In this document: positions 50,101-63,582 of the stretch, piece by piece
Numbering within the stretch: the stretch's first letter is position 1
Layout: each line of letters starts with the position of its first letter
Source: Takakia lepidozioides
Taxonomy: Eukaryota > Plantae > Bryophyta
Assembly (NCBI GenBank): GCA_030704615.1
Contig: CM060731.1
Span: 58,528,001 to 58,592,000, forward strand
Length of the DNA stretch: 64,000 bases
Direction of reading: 5' to 3'
Made by a program: the position numbers and the translations under genes
Notes under the pieces: model-generated
The model's database searches: none
Seen by the model: only the letters and a program-made list of their open reading frames with translations
Told to the model about the DNA's origin: nothing

Positions 50101-53100
50101 GCTTTGTTGCATATAACATGAGGCCTGTCAGGACTATCCTTCTGGTGGAATTCTTGTATCATGATTTGTGTGTGGCTATGGTTTTCTTGAGCAGATTCCA
50201 GAGGACAACGTGAAACTGATGGCTGTGCACGAAGCCGGGCATATACTGTTGGCCCATCTGTACCCACGTTTTGACTGGCATGCCTTTACTCACCTCCTCC
50301 CAGGGGGTTCTGTAAGTCTCTCTCAACCTTATAGTGTACTTAATGTTAACGAATTGGATTGCTGGAATTTGTAACAGAATACTAGAAACAATTGTGGTGT
50401 ATACCATTTGAACATATGCATTCAAATGGGGAGTAGATTGCTGTATATCGCAAAATGACTTAATGTTCTAGAAAGAGGGAAGACCATGCTGCAAACATAA
50501 ATCTCAACACCCAAAACTGCAATAATGTTTTGCTGGCAGAACTACACCTGAAAGTGAGATACTGAAGTCATGACAGTAACCTGAGTGCTTTGCCTGGCAT
50601 CGTCAGCTCTATGTTCCCTCACCCCTTCCTCTCTAGATGAACTTGTTGGCAGCACTTCTCTAAGGGCCTCCCTCAACCACCCAAAGGTGGAGCAGACTAT
50701 GGCAATAAAGTTGTTAATCGTTGACTTAACAGATCTCCACCTAAAAGGATCCCATTTATCTTTGTTAAGTGTAACCTGGCCTTGCAGGAGCATGCACTGA
50801 CAGTGTTTTATCCAAGGCAAGAGGTGGCCCAACAGGGTTACACTACGCTGGGCTATCTACGTATGCAAATGGTGGTCGCTCATGGTGGTCGGTGTGCTGA
50901 GCGTGTCATATTTGGGGAGGAAGTGTCCGATGGAGGTCAAGACGATCTGGCCAAAATTACTGGGGTTTGTATTGCCATGAAAAACTGGTCTTGAAGGAAT
51001 ATATTTAAACTGGTTATGAGGTAATTTTAGCATCTACAAGCTAAATGGCTAGTTTTCTGCTACATCAACATGAGAAAGTGTAAAGAGAAGTCTCCCACAC
51101 CTCCTTCCCTTTCTCTTGCTAAGGCAGGGGCAGTCTTATTCCTGAATGATGCTGAACATAAGTATAATGGAGGGCAAGATGTCCTGAGGTGGAGCCTAGT
51201 CTGTGCAGATAGCTCGGGAAATTAGCATCAGCTCCGCCAATCGCCGTTTAGGCCTGCTTCCAATGTGGACACAAGACACACTTGACCCACCCAAGCACCC
51301 TGATGAAGTGGACCTCATCCCCAATAAGGTGGATCTCCTCCTCCCTCTCCTCTCCTTCTCTCCCTCTCTCTAACTCTTTGGTGACCACCACCAAAGAGTC
51401 ACCCTCTTCATGAACATCAAGCATATAGTTCCGACACATCTGTTCACCAACTTCCAAAATCTCGAGGCTGAGCCTAAAGCTCTGGCCCTGTTGGGGTCAA
51501 ACTTTTGGGCTACTCACACAGCAGATTGGCGGTTGTGTGAAGGGCTTTCTAGAGATTTGTCTGTACCAAGGTAAGTCGATCTACCGGAGTGAGCCCCTCA
51601 GTCTTATGAGGACATTCTTTGAAGAAAGGTACCTACTGATCCCAGCCTTTGATGAACAAATGAAATTTGAGGACTACCTGGCCTGTGTTGGGTCTGGTAG
51701 CCTGGGTTGGTGGATTTTTAGTCCTTTTCTCGTCATACCATCTCGGTTGAGTTGGCTGTGTTATCATCCATTTCTTTGGTTGAATGTATGTAAGAATACC
51801 CATCTCTGCCTAATACATGGATTTGTCAAAGATACATAATGGTCAGACATTCTTCTTCACCTTTGCCTGTGGTTGAATCCTTCAATATCGTCGGCGCTAT
51901 TAGTCCAGTGTTTTCTGCACAACTGACCTCCCATTTGGTGTGCTCCTGATCTTCACTGCCGCTTGGGTGCAGTGGAACAAGCCAGGCACACAAATTGTTA
52001 ACATGACACCAGAGCTGTCAGAACTGTTCACGCGGGAAGTAACTAGAGTAAGTGCATGCGACCTCTAGTTATTTCTTCTCCTTGCTTTCTCCATGTATTG
52101 ATTGGCATTCTCTGAGGTTTGGTGTCGGATGAGGTGGGGCGGTTTTTTCTACCTGGTTGTTATGAAGCCAGGGCCAAAAACTTTCATAGGCACTGCTGTA
52201 CAGACTCTGGTGAGTATTGGGGTGGAAAGACGAATGAAAGAGAAGGGCAGGGAGGGATATGTACAACTTAAATGAGTTCAACTAAGCAGAGCTCTTATGC
52301 ATGTTTCTGGGTGTGCACAGTACATCGACGAGACAGAAGACCAGGCTATGGAAGCATTGATCAAAAACCGTCATATATTAGAACAGCTTGCCGATGAGCT
52401 TTTGGTCAAGATAAAAATGAGTGGATTTGTAAGTCTTTGCCTTTCATTTTTGTGGGTATAGCTAATGGACACTGTTTCAACTCTAGATGCTCCTGGTTGA
52501 AAATCCAATGTAACCTATTTTGCGAGTGCCGCTCAGTGGTCCACCCATCTAGGGGGTAGATCTTTGCTGTGCCAGGCTAGGTACCCAGGAATCTACAAGT
52601 TGCTAGAAAGAATCAAGAAGCGAGAATGACCTGCTGTCAGCAGTATCAAGACAGTAACCAGCCTTGAGGAAGGTAGTAACCCTGAGATACTGATGGATAC
52701 GTAGGTGCTTCAGCCACCTGCATTTGCCATGTCAAAGCTTTCACATTGAAAATCGGCTTTTCTTTTCTGTTAAAGTCATGGCCAGTTGAGAGATGATCAC
52801 AGAATTGTTGATGATATCAAGGAGAGATACACCCACCTTATCAGTTTTATGCACAGGGTCCTTTGTGTCACAGAAGAGAGACTATTCCCCCAAAAACTGC
52901 ACAATGCACGGCCCTCCAGCCAGCCTGGAACGGCTTACTTGCTCTGTGCACCGATTTGTTCCTGGAACCAGCTCTGAGATTGATAACTATGGATTGTAAG
53001 TTGATTGAATTTGATGACAAAGACTTGTTGGCATGAGCAGGAAGCAGAGGACTTCATACGGTCGATGGACCCAATCATGATGCCAGACCCCTTGGCAGTA

Positions 53101-53579
53101 CCTGAGGTTGACGATGATGAAAATGTGGTATGTATTATCTGTACCTCATAGTACTTTCTGCTCAAATAGAGAGACTGAAACTCAGTGTGATACTTTCCAA
53201 TATCATTCCAAGGACAGTCCAAAATTTGACAGTCAATCCTGGATTGTTGTGAGCAACCTAGTACAGTCCGCCTTAGTTTCACTTTGATGAGTTGAAACCT
53301 GCTAGCATTGGGGAGAGGTAGTATCCCGGGCGAACAGTACCCTCAAGGTACCTCATACCCAGGAGAAATTACTGTGTAGAAAATTTGCAGAACTTAATTG
53401 TGGTACCATCATGGAGAACTGTGGATTATAGCTCCTTTCCTTCTGTGCCCCCAACCAGACGCGAGTGTATTTCTGACATTATTCTGGGATTTCGTTTACA
53501 GGAAGGGACTGTGACCATCAACCACCCGGGTCTGTATGAAGAGTTAGTGATCTACCCGGCCCCTCTCCACCGGTGTTGA
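41106..53579 (+). CDS. FTSH12: Chloroplast ATP-dependent zinc metalloprotease FtsH12-like, 19 predicted exons: 41106-41804, 42234-42422, 42528-42842, 43021-43358, 43788-43866, 44041-44268, 47725-47865, 48262-48432, 48611-48724, 48957-49173, 49406-49477, 49728-49847, 50195-50311, 50788-50965, 51209-51328, 51973-52047, 52321-52428, 53041-53127, 53502-53579 (boundaries +/- a few nt)
   Basis: Walker A GPPGTGKT, Walker B FIDEID, SRH ATNRPDELD, HEAGH zinc motif. Motifs recalled as FtsH12-typical: RWWKYRPKLPYTYFL and C-terminal YPAPLHRC. GT-AG junctions throughout. Confidence 0.92.
44330..45420 (-). mobile_element. Cluster of ~4 short non-LTR (SINE / truncated-LINE-like) repeats in FtsH intron 6
   Basis: Repeated CTTTCCAGATAT.CTCT.GA...CACAAGCATCAA block and shared tail GAGATTGTACTCATAAGACGTTGTTTGCC. 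Another copy at ~51455-51600 is in the opposite orientation. Confidence 0.65.
45804..45998 (+). pseudogene. Decayed 5' fragment of 18S rRNA in an FtsH intron
   Basis: GTAGTCATATGCTT.TCTCAAAGATTAAGCC...GTGAAACTGCGAATGG.TCATTAAATCAG...GTAGTAATTCTAGAGCTAATAC matches the conserved start of eukaryotic SSU rRNA, with many substitutions. Confidence 0.93.
46807..47560 (-). mobile_element. 3' fragment of a CR1/L2/RTE-X-type LINE with a (TC)n tail
   Basis: HCLQIETGRW...TC....IESEEHFFFHCPFY is the C-terminal CCHC-like motif of LINE ORF2. Confidence 0.75.
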
Positions 53580-54189
53580 GAAACCAGTTTATGCCCTCCC
53601 AGCCTTGTATTGCTGATTAGCAACCTCTGGCTTCGTACCAACGGTTTCTCTTCCAAATTTTGTAGGTGTCTATGCCGGAAGTAGCAAATATGGCTTAGTA
53701 GAATAGCATGTTGGACCTGGATTGTTCATCAGTGACTTACCAGTAGAATTTGAAACAAGGATCTGATCATAGATCTTACCTGTTTTTAGGATGAGCTCAT
53801 AGGAGCTGTAATTTGGTACACACCAAACTTAATATACTCATGGCAGAATTTGAGGGCAACTCTGTAGTTTGATATAGAGAAATCATAAAGTGGTCACAAG
53901 TCTATAAGCTCTCCAGCAGAGAGATGAGGGACATGTGGCTCCATTGTCCCTTAGTGCTTATCATGGAAAATGTCAACACAGCTGTTGCTAACACGATGGT
54001 TTTCCCCGGTGTATGAAAGTGAAGGTACAGAAGTACTCTTTTTGCATGCGTTTCAGTGATGAATGTGATACCTTGAAATTACTATACCAAGGCAACGCTA
54101 CTAGCATGCATCCATTACTCGTCAACAGAGAACATATAATACTTAACTTTGTAAAAAGTTTTGCAGGATAGAAAGGGAAAAGGTCGGCG

Positions 54190-55372
54190 AAGGTTTCAGG
54201 ATTCCTTTGGGAAGCTCACCCACCGCATTCTGCCTGTTGGGGCTCGGATTTCTGACCCTCCCTCTCTTTGCAAGATGTGTTCCTTGGGCTGTGCTGAGAC
54301 TCTAGAACACAGTCTTTCTCATTGCAACTTTGCTTCATTGGTTTGGTCTAAAGTTCGGTCTTTTTACACTCCTTGGAGCTCAGTGAACTCTGGAATTGCG
54401 TCTGTGCACTTGTTGAATGTCCTTGACGGTAAGCGTTGGAATTCTTGCCAGGTATGGGCAAGCATCAGGGCTCTCACACTCTGGCACATCTGGACATCTC
54501 TTCTGGTTGAGGGTAAGAAGGCTTGGGGGGTTATTGGGACAGCTATTCGCCGATGTTCTGAGGAAAGAAGACTCCAGCTACTTCAGGAATTCGACTCCTC
54601 ATGGGCGTGGAGGAACATCATATGCTGCAGGATTGGGGAATCATGCATCTTCAAGTCTTCCTTCCCCTTTACCGGCTGACCTGCCTTCCAATTGGCCCTC
54701 ACCTTTGGAGGTGGATGAGGACATTAACTGGAAGCATAGGAAAAATAGGAATTCTAAAATAAAGGCTCACCTGAACTTTGAGCCCCTGCGCAGGAAGAAA
54801 TAGCTACTTGCTTCTTCTCCCCTGCTTTCTTTGCTCTACTTTGCTGTGACAGCTCGGGGCTTCTAGACGATTGGACTTCTTGTCTCTGTTTGTAAGCCTT
54901 GGTTTTTTACTTACAGATTGGTCCAATGCTAGGCTGTTTTTTACGGTGGACCTTTCTTAGTGGCTAGCTGCCCATTGTGGACGTCATGGGAGGATCCCCA
55001 TGGTTGTATTGCCTTGTGGCCCTGTCGAGGTTATTTTCTCCTTGCTTTTCGAATTTGATTAACAGGGCCTCCGTTGTGGAGAACTAGAGAAGTACAGCAG
55101 TCAAGCATACATGAAATAGAGAAAAGGAACTCTATGTGGTATTACAATAGAAACAACAACAACACCCTTGGGGTGTACACAATGTACTTATATAGGTAAC
55201 AACTACCTTCTAACGACTATAGGCACAGAATGAGCGCCAAAACCACATTCAAACTTGGATGTCCCAATGTGCCATGTGTGCCACATGTTTACCATGCACT
55301 GACTATTCAATCAAAATCTACAGTGTAATCTGCAGCTTACAACATCCGTCCCCTTTCTATTAAAAAAAAAAA
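54190..55372 (+). mobile_element. 5'-truncated L1-type LINE (zf-RVT) ending in poly(A)
   Basis: LCKMC...ETLEHSLSHCNFASLVW...TLWHIW; A-tail at ~55362. Confidence 0.8.
55075..55344. mobile_element. Solo LTR (270 bp) in the L1 3' UTR
   Basis: TG...CA flanked by a perfect 5-bp TSD TCCGT. Confidence 0.8.
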
Positions 55373-56129
55373 CAGATATTCCAAGATGAAAGAAAAGAGG
55401 CTGTGAAAGGGAGTGGATGGCTGTCTGCCTCTGCCTGTCTGCTCTGAGTTACTTATGGTTTATAGTTGCTGTGCAGCCCTGCCTGGGAGGCCCTGTAAGC
55501 CCACAAGGTTAATTTTTCCTTGTTGAACATGATCCACAGGGCTCCCTCCAAGGCCCTTTCCATTTAAAAACATAAAAATACAGCAAATAACTTTGCTGTA
55601 TAGAGCTAACACATCATCCACAGTTGGGCGTATGTGGCACTTGCTGAGCCTTCCACACCAAACCGCATTTGTCTGGTGACAGAGCCTCTGTATCAAAGAG
55701 AAAGAACGTGAATGAAGCCACACAGATTCTATGGAGGATCTGGTGTGCTTTGTCTCTCTCTTCTCAGCCAGGTGGAGTTCCACGTCTAGAGCTTGCCAAC
55801 CGTTAGATGAGAAATTATCTTACTCCGAAATCCGAAACAGCGACTCTTGCGTTAGAGGAGGAGAGATGAGGAGCACGCCCTCTGTAGTATATTCTTGTGT
55901 AGTTTCTCAGCTTGTTGTGATTATCGGCGTTGTTTGTAGACACATCACTACGAGTTTCGAGTTGGGTTATTTTGTGATTTGGACCTCCGGTTCAGTGGAT
56001 GGTACAATCTCCTTCTCAGATTGTGAGGTTTACGAAAATGCTGTCCTAAGTTCTGCTTCACCTTTCTCTGCGTTTTCTTCGAAATTGGAATAAATTCAAG
56101 CACCGAGATTCATAATTTCATCGCTTGAA

Positions 56130-57629
56130 ATGGCAACCTGCTCAATGTGCGGGACATTGGTTCCAGCTGTGCTCGAAGCGTCGTCTTCCTCTATTTGTGG
56201 AGGTAGGCTACACGTATCATCTGCCACACTGCCACAATCATTTTCTAGATGTGTTGTGGTAAAAGCAGCTGGACAGGAGAAGGGAGATAAAGGGGACGAG
56301 AAGAAGGAAAACAAACAGTCGCTCTTCACTAGTCTCACAGATGCGTTAGACTTCGCACAAGTGCGATCCCAGGAGGACGCCAACCTTCTTGAGGATGCGC
56401 GGGAGGCAACCCAGTCAGGGGAGAAGATGTCGCGTGAGCAGGTCACTGTCCTCTCTCTCTCTTTCTTCTATTATTTTCATGGCCATATTTGGGAGAGCTA
56501 TGGCAGTTACATAACGAGATTCAAGCTGTTTAGATGAGTTAAGCGTGAAACGGCTCCAGGATCTGTACAGTGTTCTGAGATCCCGATAAATCCGACCGTA
56601 TCTGCATATGAATTCGACTTACCCGATATCCTTGCGGTATTGTGGTGAAGGGCAAACTGTCGGCTTTATGTGGATCCCCCTTGTTTGTAGATGACTGTTC
56701 TACCTGGCAGTGCTGCGTGGTTAGTGTTCCAATATATGGAGTATTGGGGAGGTCCATCGTTGCATGGAATTCTAGCCTTTGCTCTCTTTAGCTACATTGA
56801 GATGTAGCTAATTTAGCTACAGTGGGATGTTTGAATGCAAAGGTCTATCACATCACAAACAAGTGAATTTAATGTTTTCGATATCGGATATTGTTTCTGT
56901 TTCTCTTCTATCTTCCTCTATGGTCCAATCAGCACTTTGGAGCGTAAGTTCGTACCAGATTTGTGTGTCGTGGGCACTTGGAAGTGGAAAGGAGGACGGG
57001 GGAATAACTAGAAATGTAAAGGTGTACGATGAATATGCCACACATTACAGTGTACTAGGTTGCCATACAAATGCCATACTTTCTGAGAATATTTCTGAGG
57101 TGGCTGGCATGGTGTACTGTGGTATGATGCAGTATGCAGCACTGAGGAGAAAGATAGGGGGCACCTACAGGGATTTCTTCAAAGACTCTATTGATGGTAT
57201 GCTTATTTGTGCTTAGCTAGGTCCGAACTGAGGGATTCATGGGTTTTGGAGTGGCCTCAAGGTTCATAGGCCTGTGTAATCCAGAGGAATTGTTTTTCCT
57301 AGTCCCCACATTGCAAAGTATAGCTTGCTACATTCACAAGTGGCAGTGAGGTGGTGTTTTCTATTGGAAGTATTGGCAGGGTTTATACAAATCATGCATT
57401 ATGCATGAACATGTACATGAATTGAATGGAAACTACATTGGACTTGTTGGGTGCAGTGGATGGAGTCTATGTGGATGATGGCTGGGTAGACAAAACCTGC
57501 AGGTTTTGCAGAAAAGATACAGGGGCCTCACCCCGCACTGTTGACAGACTAGGGCGCTATGCCCATGTTGCTTGCTCAGAAAATAGAGCTACCTCTGGAA
57601 ACTTTTTCACCCGCCTGTTCGGCAGATAG
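56130..57629 (+). CDS. Conserved plant putative plastid protein of unknown function with a CxxC...HxxC motif; exons 56130-56441, 57133-57196, 57456-57629
   Basis: Transit-peptide-like N-terminus, then SLFTSLTDALDFAQVRS...QYAALRRKIGGTYRDFF...GWVDKTCRFC...YAHVAC...GNFFTRLFG. In-frame GT-AG splicing. Confidence 0.85.
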
Positions 57630-58151
57630 GCATGAGCTCTTGGTGCTGTTCTGCTGAAACCAATTTAAGTCATCAATTGGGTGTGCAGCTCTGTCCCTAC
57701 CTCCTGGTGCAAGACATTTTGCTCGACCATTGATGTGTTGCTTGAGGGTTTACTCTCAGGTTTAATTGAAGGTTCCTGGCACCTACATGATCCCTGCTAC
57801 CACAGCCAATCCAATGCAGAATCGCCTGGTCAGGGCTTCCAGTTTCGATTACTTGAAGCTCTGCTATTCACATGTATTTGGAATTTATCATTAATCAAGT
57901 TGTTGTATGTTCATCTTTGACATTTGAGTAAAGCTCTGATTACCTCCACTCATGTGGAACATCTGGTTGAATCCAGTCTGGGATGCGATCCTATACAACT
58001 GGTAGCTTTCGTGGGTGTGTTTTCTGTTTGGTGTTAAGATTATATTACATTCTTTGGTTCAAGACAGAACTACTAGTGCGCATCACATGTTCTAGCTATG
58101 CTGTCCCAAGTTGCCTATGTGTCTCTCACAGATTTTGGTCGTTGAACCTTT

Positions 58152-60420
58152 CTATGGATGTGTCAGAAAGTTGGGCTCGTAGACAGCATCACACATGAGG
58201 AAGTTCTCACGCTGTGTACTCTCTTGCATTGGAAAGTGTGATTGGGACCAGCGTCTCGTGGGGACGCTGTAGAAAGCAACATAGCTGCGAGCTTCACCCT
58301 CACTATGGGTTCTGAAGGCAACCATCCCATCATCGCTAGTTACCTCATAAGCCTTCTCAGGCGCGTCAGCAAACAGAGCCTGAAAAATTTCCTTAGGCAT
58401 GGTGTCCACTGCCCTGAATTCCCCAGTGGGTTCCCCACTCTCGCTATGAAGCAGGACTTCCACAATCAGAAGTGTGGTGGGGCGTGTGCTGGCTGATCTG
58501 GTCATCGCCATCACTCTGCCCGCACCACCTTGGACCACCTTGGGGGCCTGAAGTGCCTTATGACCGTGCACACTGAAGGCAAACCACTTGTTGCGATAGT
58601 TGCGACCAACATTGAAGTAGAAGAGAGCAGGTGCTTTTATTTCATTCAGGGTCTTTGTGTTCTGAACGATTTTGAGACCCCCAAAGTATATTCCAGAGCT
58701 TATGACGGCCAGGCTTGTCTTCCCCACAGTTGTGTGAGGTATAGGCAAGGAATTTTCAACGTAATCACTGTAAATGTACATCCCTCGCTTCGACTCATAC
58801 ACAACTAGAGCTATTCTCACCACAGGGTCCTTCACATCCCTGGCCCGGATTTTTTTGTCCGTATGCTGTAGTGGTAGAGTCACTTTCTCTATCAATCTAT
58901 CCCACCCAACTATTACCAGAAGGTATGTATCTCGTTGAGGTGGCATAATGAACTTCACTACTTTGTCTCTCATTAAGTGGCATGGAAAGGGGGGCAGTAG
59001 TCTATAGTGCTGCGTTAGGGGGTTAGTCACGAACACCATGTCCTGGCCAGCAGCTGCGAGATAGTCGTCTTGTAACCAGAATGGCTCATTGGGAATTTGC
59101 ATTCGCCCCCACAGATTTATGGCCTCCCCTTTCCCTTGCTTACCAGCCGCGACAACCAATAGTCCTGCGCACATTTCCTTCATGCGGATTCTCATTTAAT
59201 CGAACAATGATGCCTTGTTCAAGCCTTCCTATATAAACCTCTGAACTTCTTATACAAACATAAATGAAAGCAACCCATGTGCAAAAGAAACTCACCTGCT
59301 GCGCCACCGATGATTTTGCAGTTGTCCAGACTCCTGTATGTAGGAAGGTAGTCGATGGTGGGCAAGGAGACCCAGTCCCTGTCCGGGTTATTAGTCCCAT
59401 GCTGATCGTTGAATCCCACCAGAAACCATGTTTTTTCTTTGACTTCCAGGATTAGAGGGTGGTAGCGGAAGTACTTCCGTTGTTGTGGGTCTCCCTTGAA
59501 CGTGGTGCCAGGCCCCCATATGTTGAGTCCAGGTGGAGAGAGCTCTCCCGTGTCTCTATAGTTAAACATCGAACTCATCTTCCTTCTTCCTTTATAATTG
59601 ACTGAGAGGTCTGTCACAGTCCTCCAGGCGGTGTCCATGTCTGGACCAGCCGGCATTGCCTGAACCAAACTTATGATGCATCATAATCTTCAGTTTTTGT
59701 GTACAACACTATGCCAGGGTGCAATATAAGCATAAGTATATGCGCTCATGGACATATATCAGCGTTGCTCAAGGACTGTCTACTAGAGCTAATTAGTATC
59801 ATGTTCAAACGAAAGCAAACCTGAAATGCTATGCCCAAGTTGGTAGGGCTCATTAGCCGTCGAGCATTGACAAATGCCAATTGCTCCACAAGGCCCCTCC
59901 ATGCCTCCTGGCCAGGCACATCAACTTGTGGCTGATAGGTTGCATCCATAGGGAATTCGGCTATCCAGTCTGGAATGTTGTCATCTGGAAGATTATAAGA
60001 ACCTGGAGGTGCAGGTTCCCATTCCCCTGCTTGTACCTTATCATACCACTCATCGAGATCAACTTGTGGCTGCTCCTGGCCTGGTACAGCAGGCTGCATT
60101 GCATCGACTTGAGGCTGCTGGGATTCATTCTCAGGTAATCCGGGTGTCCAATCTGGCACGTCAGCTAAGTTATGTGGAATCAACTTATCGATACTTTCTG
60201 GCAGACCGAAAATAGCTGGAATTAGTAAGTCCGACTCTACAGGCAGTAGGCCTGGATCGGTTGTGCGCTTTGCATACCAGTCAGCGAAATCCTTCATTAA
60301 CTCTGCAGTTGTATTTGGTCGTGGAGGAAGTTTGATCTCTATCTTTGGAATCTTAGTTCTGGACGAAGAACCTGCAGGCTCCATCTTTTTAATCCTAATC
60401 TTCTGAGGACTTGAATTCAT
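58152..60420 (-). CDS. F-box/kelch-associated beta-propeller-like protein, paralogue 1; exons 60420-59821, 59659-59296, 59164-58152
   Basis: Open spliced frame. AGLLVV...VTNPLTQHYRLLPP and C-terminal YEPNF resemble plant F-box beta-propeller proteins. Confidence 0.72.
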
Positions 60421-61848
60421 GTTAGCCACTCGAGGTTAGTAATTTATAGTCAGGTTGTTGGAGACATGAAAGGAAGAGTACTGGTCTTGAAGATTTTCCC
60501 TGTAGCGCAAAGTAAGAACCAAGCTATCCAAAGCTAGATACTATCTGGAATGATACTGAGTGCACAATACAGTCGTAACTTGGCGGTCCCGATAAAGGTC
60601 AGCGCCACCAGCACACAGTAATTCACAAGTGCTCTATTCTTCTAACCATTGGTGAACAATATATAATTAATGACACCGATCGACGTGGGGTCGACGGATT
60701 GTTCATTCTGATTTCTCCAAACAGTAAACGTGATCGAGGCCCCAGATCAGTCAGAATCTCAGATGATGAACCTGAAAATGAGAGTAACAACTGGCCTGCG
60801 ACAACAGAACAAGCTCTACATCTTGAACAATAATATCGAAATCAGGCGTCAGTAAATGACCACATTTTGTTTGGTCTGCTGTTTGTCTTCCTAACTCACT
60901 AATGTGAGTCTTTGTATTCAAGAAGATCTGTACAGGTATCAATACTGCAATATTAGCTTTGGGTTGACCATCCTTGATGATATTTCAGATGTTGTCATCA
61001 AGGGAGCATCAAGAAAACAGATTCCAAGCTCTGCTCAATATACACTATCTAGGATTCATGATCTGAACTTAATTATATATGCTGTTGTAACTTGACTCGG
61101 TGCTCATGGGAGCTCCATTTCCAGATGACGCGTGTTTAAGCAAACCCAAAAACTTCGACATTTTCTTATCTGCTTCCGAAACTCGCAAACTTTGCAGCCT
61201 CGTCATGCAGTCGGTATTGAACTCTTTGAAGATACCCCTGCAGCATATTTGCAACGTGGGTTCACACAGATCTATATAGAGAGGGTCGTTGAAGGTGAGT
61301 TGTGTGTGTCAACGATGAGTTCTATGAGAAATCAGGAATTCTTACAAGGAAAGTTATTGCTGTGGAGAGCCCAGAGAAAGAGCAGCGGAGATCAATTTGG
61401 CAATCAATGTTGTGCTCACAAGGCTATTAATGCAAATGATAATACAGTACCGAAAGGTTGTGTCCCTTCCGTTGAACATTTGAGAGACTACCAAAGGTCA
61501 CATTGAACCCAACTGAAATCTCTTTTTGTTTACCCACTTAATTGGATCCGCTAATCCATGAGGACAGTCGAATATTAAAACTTTATTGCAAACTTCCGTT
61601 CTGGCAGATGGGCGCTGTAACCAGAGGGCACCAGTGTGGTGAAGGAATCTGATTTTTCTGACCTCTGGGATTTCCAAAAGCTTGCACAATGTTGGCAGTG
61701 CTGAGCATCTTAAAATTGAGCGCCCAGAACCAATACGATACAATATTCCTTCGCAAGAAGAACTGTATATATTTCATGTGATCTGTGGAAAACCAAGTTG
61801 TAGTGGTGGTCAAGCCCAAGTACATGTAATATGTCTGCCTTTGTGAGA

Positions 61849-63582
61849 TCAGGGTCTTGCAAGGAAGTTGGGTTCATAGACAGCATCGCACAATGCGAAG
61901 GTAGTTTGGTTGGCTTGGCGAGGAAACACGGCGGTGTGCCACTGATAGTGATACAAGTCGTACATGACAATGCGGTTGCTATCTCCACTGACTTTGAAGC
62001 TAACCACACCATCGCTGCCATGACAATCATACACTGCCAAAGCCTCCCTTGCGGACGGAAACAACAATTGGAAAAGTGGGACAGGCATAACACCATTTGT
62101 AACAGGGGAAAAAGTGCCTGTCGGGGTCCCGTCGCGGTGCAACAGAACCTCTACAAGCCATATGATAGTGGGAAGCTCGGCATACCTGGTCGTGGCGTAC
62201 ACTCTGCTCGCACCTGCTTGCACTACTTTGGGAGGCTGGACAAGGCGCCCCGCAATACCCACAAGAGCGAAGTCAAAACATAAGCTTTGTTTGCGGTTTT
62301 TACTGATGTTGAAGTAGTAGATTGCAGGGATTTTGAAGTCGCCAGCTGCTTTCTGATCATTCCTTGGGACAACGCGAACACCCCCGAAGTAAACGCCATA
62401 GTTTATACTCGCCATGCCCGTCCGTCCACACAGATGATAAGGGAGAGGTCGGGCTCTTTCGATATAGTTTGCGCTGATGAAATTCTGTCTCTGGGAGGAG
62501 TACACAATTATACACAAGAGTTCTTCGAGCCTGTCCTCGTGATTTCTCTTGGTGTCCCAGCCTGCAATGACCAAGTGATAGCTGGTGCGTGCATAATCGT
62601 GATGTATGAATCTTGCGATTTTATCGTTTATCCTAAAACGAGGTACGGGAGGCAGCAAGATGTACTCGCGCGTCAGGGGGTTTGTTACGCACACCATACT
62701 TTGGCCGCCGGTTGCCTTGCGCACTTTGTGTTTTACCCAATGCCTTTCGTTAGGGATTTGCCATCTCCCCCATATCAAGATTGGAGCTCTCCCTGGTTGC
62801 TCACCGCCATCCACAACGAGAAGACCTTGTAGATCCACACCTCACACTCATTACTTCACGATTGAACACAACCCACACAGAGAAGCAAGAAGGGAGATGA
62901 AGAAGAAAAGATCATGCACCTGCAGACCCGGCGATAACTCTATCACAGTTAAGTGGGAGGTAATTAAGCGGCGGCATTGCAAGCCAATTGTTGTTCCAAT
63001 GCTTGACGCCAGGATACTTGGTATACTTATCGAATGCAATCACCATGTAGGTCTTGTTTGCTGTTTCCATCACAACGGGGTGGTATCGGTGGTACATTCG
63101 ACGTTCAACATCCGCAAACCTGGTTGGGGTCCACTCCCGCAACCATGTGTTGAGTGAGATTTCCTTCTGCGTTGGTGGTGCCTTGCATGCTGATGAAACA
63201 ATGTCCCACGCTCTTTCCAATTGGTATATCGGACATCTCTGCACGCAGCGAAAATCAGTTCTTGGACATCTCTACTCATCTCTACAAACAACATTTGCTG
63301 AAATTCTCTCTCAGCAGATGCAAGGATATGTCAGACTGCATGGTGGCACTAGTTTTAATCTGGCAGTAGCTATGGGGGAATCAAATTTACATAGAACATT
63401 GCACCGATGTTGACAGGAGTCATCAAGTGTCTGGCATTTGGATGGCGCAAGAACTCCAAAATGTTTGGCCCTGATTCGTCCATCCATGGCGATGGTTTCT
63501 CCACTACACTTTTTTCTTTCTCCCCGTCCTTGGCTGGCTCTTTGGCCCGATCTGGAGGCCTTGCAGTTCCAGACGCCGCCAT
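61849..63582 (-). CDS. F-box/kelch-associated beta-propeller-like protein, paralogue 2; exons 63582-63391, 63238-62920, 62825-61849
   Basis: Same intron positions and motifs as paralogue 1 (NARHLMTP, RYHP, GLLVV, VTNPLTR, PKVVQ, CDAVYEPNFL). Confidence 0.72.

Noticed and set aside
60700-61800. Possible gene between the two propeller paralogues
   Set aside because: Short ORFs without recognisable motifs or a consistent splice model.
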